Made by a program: the position numbers and the translations under genes. This document shows, one piece after another, positions 49,085 to 58,371 of a stretch of 58,371 bases of DNA. Source of the DNA: Paecilomyces variotii (Eukaryota); assembly GCA_004022145.1 (NCBI GenBank), contig RCNU01000005.1; one strand, given 5' to 3'. The notes beneath the pieces are model-generated. The model saw only the letters and a list, made by a program, of their open reading frames with translations. It made no database searches and was not told where the DNA came from. The first letter of the stretch is position 1, and each line of letters starts with the position of its first letter.

Positions 49085-50587
49085 CTAAACCACCGTCCAT
49101 CCTCTATCGATTAAGTCATCGAGGCATGGGCATGTGGTCCATTCTGAACCGTGCTCGCCTAGCTGAAAAAATCCAACCACACCACCATCTTTGTCGTCGT
49201 CAACTACTATTGCTGAGCCGCATATTCCTTCCCGGATCTGGCCTCCCGCGGGCCCGACATAGCGAAATATATTTTCGGTCTGAAAATCGACAAAGGGAAC
49301 AACAACACCTGGCGGCTGTGATGCCACTCGAAATCTCCTCCCATGAACTTTTAAGAAGACCAGACCACTAGCCATACCGTCAAGACTGCACCAAGTATTT
49401 TCTAGAACCTCATTTGAACGGAGGAGTCTCTTGGGTATGTTGGCTTGGAAATACTCTGAGTTTGTGAAGGTTGTTGACGGAAAGAGTTTCACCAGAGCAA
49501 TGTCCAATGCCTCAAAGCGCTCTGTAACCTGACCTATGCAATCTCCTGTCCGAGGCGAAGGATGGTAAACTTCATCAGTATCAATGAAGCCGTGGTTCGA
49601 TACAGTCAATCTCGGCCCTTCCTTGTTGGATCTGAGTAAGATACCGGCAGTTGTAGCCATGGTTGTATCAAGGTAGCCACTATATCGAGATGTCGTGCCA
49701 CTCTCCACTCTAACTCCAGGGTAGAGAGTATGTAGCTCCCTTATATAGTTAGTGGTGTCTTGAGTCATATCGCTAGGTTCGATTAAGCGCTCTCTTCCTT
49801 GCCTTTCCATCTTCCAGAAGGGCGTCTCGCTGTGATGATACAATGTGGTCTGACCTCCAACCCTCCCCGGGAGAGATCTTCTTTCGTATGTCCTGCCATC
49901 GCCGGTTCTGATTTCAACGATGACTAGAGTCGGAATGAAGTTCACAGCTTGAATATTCACAAGCTTTCCCAGCTCTTGAAGAACAGCTTCATACTGTTCT
50001 GTCGAAGCTCTCTCCCATTTATGGAAGCGCAGATGTTCAGGCACAGGGTCGGGCATTCTAGGGTTGCTGTAGTCAATATCAGTTGACAAGTATGTTATCT
50101 GATGGCCGACTGGAATGAACATAGCTGCCACACATGCCACTGTCAGAGGGACTGGAGTTGGCGGATTAGGTGTCTCTATGATAATCTCAGGCCAGATATA
50201 AGTGACGCTGACTGCTTGAAAAGTAGTGTTGATCCATGCATGCTCGGAAGGCGTGGGATAGCGGAAATCTCGGCGACTGCTATCCCAGAGTGTAAATGGC
50301 GCCACATCAGACGCATGTCTCGACCCATAGCCGTTGTTTGACACCCACCATCCCTTAGGACTGTGGAGATTTGGTCCTTGTTCGTGTAGTCTTCGATCCA
50401 CAGTAGACCCTTGGGCATTATCAGGTCTTGGAATAGAAGTGGAGTGTGCATGTGGAATGCCAGAGGAGTCTTGATGGGACCGATCAATAGAAAGGGCTTC
50501 TTGTGTCTGATCTCTTGACGCAAAGGCGACATATGGTGTGTTAAAACGGAGATTCTCCACCGTAGAGGATCTGCGGTGTAGGGTCAT
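49085..50587 (-). CDS. Hypothetical intronless protein with C-terminal chymotrypsin-fold protease-like domain (His-Asp-Cys triad)
   Basis: ORF open from 50635 (first ATG 50587). Motifs LTVSNHGF (His 49592-94), LDIALVKL (Asp 49502-04) and EGICGSAIV (Cys 49220-22), followed by GGVVGF. Confidence 0.65.
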   Translation of the reverse strand: MTLHRRSSTVENLRFNTPYVAFASRDQTQEALSIDRSHQDSSGIPHAHSTSIPRPDNAQGSTVDRRLHEQGPNLHSPKGWWVSNNGYGSRHASDVAPFTLWDSSRRDFRYPTPSEHAWINTTFQAVSVTYIWPEIIIETPNPPTPVPLTVACVAAMFIPVGHQITYLSTDIDYSNPRMPDPVPEHLRFHKWERASTEQYEAVLQELGKLVNIQAVNFIPTLVIVEIRTGDGRTYERRSLPGRVGGQTTLYHHSETPFWKMERQGRERLIEPSDMTQDTTNYIRELHTLYPGVRVESGTTSRYSGYLDTTMATTAGILLRSNKEGPRLTVSNHGFIDTDEVYHPSPRTGDCIGQVTERFEALDIALVKLFPSTTFTNSEYFQANIPKRLLRSNEVLENTWCSLDGMASGLVFLKVHGRRFRVASQPPGVVVPFVDFQTENIFRYVGPAGGQIREGICGSAIVVDDDKDGGVVGFFQLGEHGSEWTTCPCLDDLIDRGWTVV

Positions 50588-50939
50588 ATTGACAAAGTAT
50601 CTCGTGTACTTGATAAAGAGTTCGTTCGCTGCCAATACAAAAACCTTCGATGCTGAGTGTAGATAGATAGTTGTCGGACACTTGGAGTTGGGTCGTGGCA
50701 GCAGGCTGTTGACTACCTAAGGTACCTGCCGTGGGCGTGACTACTAGGTAGGATCTGTTCTTACCTAGCGCCGTACCATCTAAACCATGGTTCCTGCATA
50801 CAAATAATAGTATAGATCTCCAGCGACACCTCAACGCGGTGCTAGAGTCTAGTAGTCCATATTGGACGAAGCCAAGATGAGCCCTTGGTCAAATTAACTC
50901 CTCCCCTCGGCCGGTTGCCATTTATCTGAAGCATTTTCC

Positions 50940-51600
50940 AGTTTTAATCTGACTATAATATCGCCTCCTTAAGCCCTTTTGGCCCAATGATGAATGTCCT
51001 CGAGTTTTCTCTATCCCACCTGTTATTATCGCCTCTTTACTATGAAAACCTGTGATAAAGCTATCGATCAATAATGATAGGACTGTTCAAAACTACTATT
51101 TTCTAACAGCACTTGGTCTCACCACCCTTACCCCAGATAAGATAGTTAAAGGAGGATAGGATATATCTCTTTTGGTTGATACCATGGACAAATTATAATG
51201 AATTAAACCCATAATAGGCTTTCCTAGGCATTAGATAGTGGGGGATAGAGGAATACGGTGGAATAGATATATCTCTCTTTCGTCCCTTTTGTTATGCTAA
51301 CTCTATGAGTTATATATCCCTCAACTGAAATATTCAAAAGGGGGAGTAATATAAGAGTATGTGGGCAACTCTCAGGGGTGATTTCTCATATAAAGAGGCT
51401 TTTACTTTAAATGTGTTACAGCTAAAGGGATAGTATAGGCCCTGGGCCTTGGCTAGCTACGTATTATACCTAGGCTATAGAGGGGTGTAAAACCCATTAA
51501 TAGGCCGCCATACCTCCCCCTTGTTAAAATAATAAAAAACAACCTTTCGCTCAAATAATAGTATAGATAGCAAGGATGTGCGGAATACCTCCGATAACCA
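50940..51600. pseudogene. TpA-rich, stop-riddled relic (likely RIP-mutated repeat or gene copy) ending at a long T tract
   Basis: Visible TpA excess and no long ORF, bounded by poly(T) at about 51605-51627; identity not recognised; borders approximate. Confidence 0.35.
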
Positions 51601-52159
51601 TCGCTTTTTTTTTTTTTTTTTTTTTTTCCGGGGGGCGTCTTGGAGTCGACTAAAGTATGATTTTATCGGACGTCCGACAAAACAGAATTCGAAATGCAAG
51701 TGGAAATTCACGGACTTCTTCCAGGCTCCACAACCGGTAGATAGGTCAGGCAGCACGACTGCGACTTGTTCACTGACCGCATAATTAATTACTTGTCCAA
51801 GACTGCTGCTGTTCTGGAGTCTGGGTTACTCGGCACTGAGCCCGATATTAGAATCGGTGTGCAAACATGCAACATTTCTGCATAGACGGCTGAGCTATCT
51901 TTTCTCTTCTCTTTGAGCTCGTGAAATCTGCAGTTTATCTCTTCTTGCCTTTCGTCACTTTCTCATTTCCCGTTGTTTTTTGATAAAGACGAACACTACT
52001 ATCACCGGTTTCTCGAGAACTCTGGACTTTATCCGCAAAAATACCTAAAGTTACCGAAACTAGAGTATAATGACAATTGAAACTTGTGATACTTTCCCAG
52101 AGGTCTTGAAGTTGCGGTGTCTCTGGTAAAGGGCGTCAATTCGTCTACAGCCTGCCATA

Positions 52160-54035
52160 ATGAAGCGCCAACAGGCGGCAGAACGAGCTCTGCACGATCA
52201 GACCAACATCCTTCCACGGGGGAAACTACTTGTTGTTTTCGCGGGTCTGGCATCGTCGCTTCTAATCTGTTTTATCGACCAGAATGGAATCGGAGTTACA
52301 CTGCCCACAATTGGCCGCGATTTGCACGCGGAGAACTCCATCTCCTGGGCTGGAACATCATCCTTGATCGCCAATACCATGTTCACAGTCCTGTATGGCC
52401 GTCTGTCAGACATCTTTGGCCGGAAAGTCGTATTCCTGCTTGCGCTCGGGTTGCTGTGCTTTGCGGATTTGCTCTGTGGTCTCTCGCAGAGTGCTGCTAT
52501 GTTTTACATCTTTCGCGGCATTGCAGGTATCGCTGGTGGAGGAGTGACCTCCTTGGCAATGATCATTGTCTCTGATATTGTCACACTCAAGGATCGAGGA
52601 AAATACCAAGGAATTCTGGGATCTTGCGTGGGAACAGGCAATGTTATCGGGCCATTCATTGCCGCAGCGTTCGTTATGAAATCAACTTGGCGTGGTTTCT
52701 TTTGGATGATCTCGCCCCTAGCTGCCATTTCCGCGGTTATCGCCTTCTTTCTTCTCCCGAACAATATGCGGAAGGACAGTTTGAAAAAGAGCGTTCGCAG
52801 AATCGACTTTTACGGAGTCATAACTTCCTCTATTGGCATCATCTTCCTTCTGATCCCCATATCCGGAGGCGGATCTTATTTCGAGTGGAATTCCCCTCTG
52901 GTCATTAGCATGCTGACCATAGGGGGATGTTCGTTGATTGCTTTTCTTCTCATCGAGTGGAAAGTGGCTGCTCTTCCCATGACACCGAGTACGAACTCTA
53001 CGCCCAATATACATTTCCGTTTGGATAGCTGACATTTGCGCAGTAAGTCTGTTCCGAAATAAAGTCGTTTCGGCTCTCCTCTTCCAGAGCTTCCTGCTCG
53101 GAGCGGCATATCAGTCGTATCTGTATTATCTGCCTCTTTACTTTCAGAACGCGCGTCAATGGTCGGCTATCGAATCTGCGGCTATGACTGTTCCTATGGT
53201 GGCCTGTCAATCCATCACGTCGATACTTACAGGGCAGTATATCTCCCGCCGTCAACGCTATGGAGAAGTCATTTGGACGGGCTTTGGGGTCTGGACACTG
53301 TAAGTATCTGTCACGTCCATAGGGTTTTGAAAACCATTGCATAGCATCGAATATCTAACATCAACCTCTCACAGTGGCACAGGCCTAACTCTTCTCTTCA
53401 CTCGGACTACTAGCAAAGCAGTCATTTGTGTCATCCTTGCTCTAGTTGGCGTTGGCGTTGGCAACACGTTTCAGCCCACTCTTGTAGCTGTCCAGGCTCA
53501 CTGCACCAAATCTCAGCGAGCTGTTGCTATCTCCAACCGCAACTTCTTTCGCTGTCTCGGCGGCGCATGCGGACTCGCCGTCTCCGCGGCAGTTCTACAG
53601 GCAACACTCAGGGCACACTTGCCTCCAGGATATGAGAGTCTAGCGCGCGCCACGTACTCCGTACCGTCGAAATCCAGTGTCCCACCGGAAGATTGGGAGA
53701 GATTGTTGGATGCATACATGCATGCATCCCACTCGGTGTTTATCCTACAAGTTCCACTAGTCGGGGCGTGTCTCCTGGCATGCATAATTATCAGAGACAG
53801 AGGTCTAGAAAGGCCGAAAGACCCAGCAGAAATCGAAGCAGAGATGGAAGCTAAGAGGAAACAAGAAGCTGCTGAAACCAGCGGCGCAATTGTCGAAGAC
53901 CAAGGACAAGAAGGCCCAGAAGCGGATTTGGAAGCAGGTGAGGGAAATGAAGCGATATCCTCGAGCGAAGACCAATCCCGAGTGCCCTCGAAGGAATTGT
54001 CTCGCAATGCTGCTGATCCAGAGAAGTTCGCATAA
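52160..54035 (+). CDS. MFS drug:H+ antiporter (DHA2/14-TMS type)
   Basis: Exons 52160-52988, 53044-53299 and 53375-54035. Motifs IDQNGIGVTLP, YGRLSDIFGRK, RGKYQG, WRGFF and YLPLYFQ. Confidence 0.92.
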
Positions 54036-54630
54036 TGGGCTTAGGAACGTAATGGGCTTAATGATGATACGGGTACATATATTCTGACTTGTTCATTGCT
54101 TTCATTGTTCATAGACTTACTTGCATTTGGGGCGTCTATAAAAGTTGATATACATGCATCGATAGATAAAATGCTAATAACACAATACGAAAGCTTGGAT
54201 ACCGTCACCGCCGAATACCTAGTCAAAGGGCCCCTTAGCCAACATTAAGCAGAAAAATCCTCATCATATCACCCGTATCAGATCGTACAGGCTTATCATC
54301 TTCAGCTTGCTGGCCAAGATCCTGATCCGTCGGCGATCGGCTCTCGGCAAGACAGATCCGTCTGCCGCGTAAGTCACCTTTTCGGTGCTTCGGACCATCC
54401 GACGGAGGGCCGATATTCTGGGATAGAATGCGGTTCTCTCTATTATTACGCTAGCCGTCACCATCCCATGCTCGCAAATTATATGTTGCCGCTGTATAAT
54501 TTCCGTTCTTCAATAATGTATGTTCGATAGATGTAGATACGATCAACTCGCATTCCGCGCCGACTTATAAGAGTCGAGGCTGCATAAATCTCACGCATAT
54601 CTGGTCCCTAAATGATATTCACTGTTTTCG

Positions 54631-55215
54631 TCACGTCGTTTTTTTCACTTTACCCTCAAGCTTCTCAAGTGCCGCGGTCCTTCCCATGCGTTTTAACCAG
54701 ACTTTCAAGTCAAACTGCCCTTCACTAAGGTCGCCGCGGTCTCCAACAAACTTGAATGTAGAGCCTATTTCCCTTAATGGTTCCTTTTTATCCATATAAT
54801 TGATCCAGCAACGCTCTGTCCGGTAATTTCTCGTTTCATAAGCTGCTAGTTTCTCCCCGTCTTCAACTGTCGAGACATGATATACAGCCCCTTCGACAAT
54901 CGAGTCTGGGGCATCGAGGAGAGCCGGATACTGGCCCCATAATTTGCATTCGTACCCAACGATATAAGCTGGTCGCAGCTCAGGTTCATAATCTAACCCG
55001 AGGATTTCCGTAATCATGGACGGATCAACCAGGGTGCCATAAAAGAAGTATGGACCTGTTGGCGGGGCTAGGAAATCAACTGGCGGTGGCGATTTAGGAG
55101 CCTTATAATACCAGTCTGGCGGCGCGGTTCGTAGCTTCTGTATAAAAGGCGAGACTTTGGAACGAAAATCCTCCGGTGGTGGAGGTGGAGGAGGAGGAGG
55201 AGGGGGAGCAGCCAT
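54631..55215 (-). CDS. Gamma-glutamylcyclotransferase/AIG2-like protein with N-terminal poly-Pro
   Basis: Motifs YFFYGTL, YPALL, VEGAVY and LAAYET..Y; first ATG at 55215. Confidence 0.85.
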   Translation of the reverse strand: MAAPPPPPPPPPPPEDFRSKVSPFIQKLRTAPPDWYYKAPKSPPPVDFLAPPTGPYFFYGTLVDPSMITEILGLDYEPELRPAYIVGYECKLWGQYPALLDAPDSIVEGAVYHVSTVEDGEKLAAYETRNYRTERCWINYMDKKEPLREIGSTFKFVGDRGDLSEGQFDLKVWLKRMGRTAALEKLEGKVKKTT

Positions 55216-55482
55216 ACTGTTGTCGTTCCCGTGACGAAGGGATTCAGGTTTCACCGATAGTAGGTACCTAGGTAGTTATCCTAGTCTCTTCAGGATCAAG
55301 GTTAAATTTGAACTGAGTGTTTCGGGGATATCTAAAATGACACAAGTGCAGTTTGCATTATTGAAGCGAAAGTATTCTTTTCCTTACTGTGCAACTTGTG
55401 TTGCTGGGTAGAAGATGTGGTTGCAGACGATATGAGAGGTAGATCTTGCCCCACTCTGGCGCTTAGAACATACTGTGTTTAG

Positions 55483-55524
55483 TCATCTGACGACCGTTTC
55501 CACCTGACGACCACCTTTTCCCCA
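55483..55524 (+). mobile_element. Probable orphan left TIR of a second, older pogo/Fot1-like element
   Basis: TA-GTCATCTGACGACCGTTTCCACCTGACGACCACC has an internal direct repeat (CTGACGACC x2), typical of Fot1/pogo TIR architecture; it abuts the complete element. Confidence 0.45.
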
Positions 55525-55526
55525 TA

Positions 55527-57430
55527 ATCGGCCCCTAGTTTCGGACACCGCGCGCAGCGCGGGTCTGCCACCTCAACACAAACACCCAGCTCAACATAAA
55601 ATTATTAAGATTTATTAAATTTCAACTTCCAACATCATTTATAATCTACTATAATGTCTAAATCTTATAGCGATATTAAAAATAAGATCTAATATGCCCT
55701 ATTCACATTATCTAACCAGTTAAACCCCAATCTTGCGTAAGCTGCGCGTTAGTTTAACGTGCCTTATTCATATCTTTAATCTCACTACCTCGGTCGCGTT
55801 TTATAGTCTAATAGACCTCTAATAAATTAACTATTCTCCCCAGCTTAGGAGCTTATTATCTATAAATATATTAAACGCCTAAATATAGTTAGATTATCTC
55901 TAACGCAAAGAATAATGGCTAGTTGTATAAATATAATCCTAGCTTAAGCTTATTAAGACCCCTTAATACTTTTATAAAGAGTCAGCCGATATTAGCTTAA
56001 ACGGTTCTTTCTCTAATATCCTAAGATATTTATATAAAGGCAATAAGCATTTAATACAGATAGGAAAAGGGCTTATTATTTAAATAATATATAGGACTAG
56101 TATCGCCGCTATAAACAAATACTAATTAATCTATATATATAATCTGCAGATCTCTATAATATAGATAAAATAGGCTTTTAAATAGGAGAAGGGAAGGATT
56201 ATTAAGTTATTACCCTAGAGCAGAAAAAAAAACTATATATAGATAATTATATTAATTCTTAAAAAGTTATTATAGTTGAAATAATTAGCACTAATAGATT
56301 AGTGCTTTCTCCCTTTATTATTCTAATTAGTAAGCATATCCAGATAGAATAGTTTAAGCTCTTAGATATTAACGCTATAATTAGAGTATCTAACTCTAGA
56401 TATATAAATAACTATTTAGCTTATTAATAGATATAATATTTTAATTGCTAATTAGCTTATTATTAGCAAGGGATTTATTGCCTCCTTTTATATAATAGAT
56501 ATAGCTCTTATTTAATATATAAAGTGCTTAACTACTATAAAAAGAAGAAGATTCTCCTTTTTATATTAATATCTTATACTAGTTATTTAATCTAACTACT
56601 AGATATTAGTGTTTTTTAAGCATTTAAACACTACTATAACGAAGCTATTAATCTTAATATAAGGATAGGTAATCTTAAGTTTAGTAAGCATAAGTTCCTC
56701 CAAGCGCTTAAATCTATGTGAAGAAAAACCTTTAAATCTTCTATTATTAAACACGCGTTTATAAAGACTAGGCTTTACCTATATAATCTAGATATTATAT
56801 TAAAAAAGCTTTAAGAAACAGATAATAGACCTACTACCCCTTAACCTATTAGTAGATTATTTATTCTAGATAATATGCTAAATACTACCTAATAATTTAA
56901 ATAGTTTTAATATTATCTACTAGAGCTTAAATTTAATTTAGCTCGCTTTACTAGCGGGCTTTAGAAACTGCTAAAGGGTAGTATTGCTTAGTCCTATATT
57001 ATAGACTAAATATAGAGAGAGCTTAAGACCTCAGCTAGGGTATAGCTAGCCTATCAGATTTATGCTAAAGCATTTAAAAGGGTTCTATAACGCGGAGATA
57101 TTATAATAAAATATAATGTAGATTATATTTAACTATAAACCTTTAAAGATAGTAATAAGAAGATATTATAGAAGTTAAAGCCTAAATAAAAGTAGGTAAT
57201 GATTAAGCTCAGGCGGGTAATAAAGCCGCAGAAGGTAGCTTTAAAGATATAGACTGATTAAAGGGGATCTTATTCTATATAGCACTATATTTAACTAGGC
57301 AATTAATTAGATTTAATAGGTTTAAAAGCTTTAAAAAGTAATAGATTTTATACAGATTTATATTAAGCTGGGTATTTGCGTTAAGGTAGCAGACCCGCGC
57401 TGCGTATAGTATCTAAAACTAGGGGCCGAT
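55527..57430 (+). mobile_element. RIP-inactivated pogo/Fot1-family (Tc1-mariner superfamily) DNA transposon, 1904 bp
   Basis: 74-bp TIRs at 55527-55600 and 57357-57430 (61/74 identical, all differences transitions), TA on both sides (55525-26, 57431-32). Decayed transposase from ATG 55654 with an HTH relic (PNLA*AAR*FNVPY) and DDE_1 relics (DLYNIDKIGF*IG, LLLYNRYSSY, SYTSYLI*LLDISVF*AFKHYY). Confidence 0.93.
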
Positions 57431-57432
57431 TA

Positions 57433-58371
57433 GAAAATTAGCAAATTTAAACCTTTATAACTCAACTACAATTAAATATTTTAGAATAAAATTTAATATA
57501 TAGATACTATAAATACTAAAATTTAAATTAATTAAATTTTATTATTAAATATATTAGTATTTATAATATTATAAGTAGTTAAAAATTAGTAAATTTTCTA
57601 AAATTTTAACTTAATATAATTTAATTATTTCTTAATATTTTATTATAAAATTAATTATATATATTCTTTATACTATAAAGTTTATATAAAATTTATAAAA
57701 CTCTAGAAAATAATTATTATTTAATATAATAATAATAGATAAAGTTTTAAAAATATAAAGTTTTTAATTAACTTTAAATTAATAATAATTTATATAAATT
57801 TTTTATTTTAAAGCTTTAATATATTTATTATTATTATATATTTATAATAAGGTTAAAAAAAATCTAAGAAAAAGCTTATAATATATTAATATTTAATATA
57901 TTTTATTTTTAAAGCTAAAATATAGAAATTTATTATTTTATATAAATAATTAATATATATTTACTATTTCTTTATATTACTATTATTTATTATATATAAA
58001 TAATATATAAAACCTTAAAAAACTTTAAATATTCTAGTTAAATTTATTTATATTAATAAAATATAAAGATTTTTAAAAATAATATTTTATATTATTTTAA
58101 GATATTTATTATATATATTAATTATTTAAATTATTTTCTATAATATTTTATATATAGAAATTAATTATATATATTATTTAAGTTTATATTAGTAATAGTA
58201 TTACTATAAATAGTAAAAATAATTGTTAAGGTATAGGCTCGAGGAGCAGGTTAAAATAAATAAAATAAGGTAGTTAATACTAGGACTAGCTATAGGATCT
58301 TTATTTAGCTAATTTAGACTAAAATAGGCTATTATAGACAGGCTTAGTAAATAAGATATAGCTTAAGAAGC
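57433..58371. repeat. Extremely AT-rich, heavily RIP-degraded repeat DNA continuing past the window edge
   Basis: Nearly C/G-free, TpA-dominated sequence without ORFs. Composition changes again at TGTTAAG (58224), possibly the start of another element. Confidence 0.75.

Noticed and set aside
51605-51627. Poly(T) tract as a LINE/SINE poly(A) tail (similar tract at 4128-4150)
   Set aside because: No target-site duplication or retroelement motif is visible on the expected side; treated as a homopolymer.
1-58371. CRISPR arrays, rRNA or tRNA genes, secondary-metabolite backbone genes, or a Starship captain (DUF3435) gene
   Set aside because: No repeat-spacer array, RNA gene signature, PKS/NRPS domain or tyrosine recombinase motif was recognised. 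tRNAscan-SE and Infernal were not run, so small RNA genes cannot be fully excluded.

Overview
Eukaryotic, intron-containing DNA from a filamentous ascomycete. Gene content and GT-AG introns with CTRAC-type branch sites suggest Eurotiomycetes; the species cannot be determined from the sequence. About 22 protein-coding genes can be modelled. From left to right: (1) a putative catabolic cluster of two Zn2Cys6 transcription factors, a 2OG/Fe(II) oxygenase-like gene, an amidohydrolase and an FAH-alpha/beta-hydrolase fusion; (2) a DUF3824-like RS/Pro-rich gene with competing splice donors, and a CYP64/OrdA-like P450; (3) housekeeping genes eL42/RPL44, a 2H-phosphoesterase, NEDD8 and Elongin A; (4) a sugar porter + intronless GH127 beta-L-arabinofuranosidase + Zn2Cys6 TF module; (5) flotillin, tubulin cofactor A, THO7 and a MULE-derived DNA-binding protein; (6) an intronless gene with a chymotrypsin-type His-Asp-Cys (GICGS) triad, a DHA2 MFS transporter and a GGCT/AIG2-like gene. 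From about 55.5 kb the sequence becomes AT-rich and RIP-mutated. It starts with a complete 1.9-kb pogo/Fot1-type transposon with 74-bp TIRs and TA flanks, probably nested in an older element. The best leads are the 3C-like cysteine protease candidate, the GH127 module, the catabolic cluster and the frame-switching alternative donor in the DUF3824-like gene. All family calls come from motifs read by eye; no database search was run.
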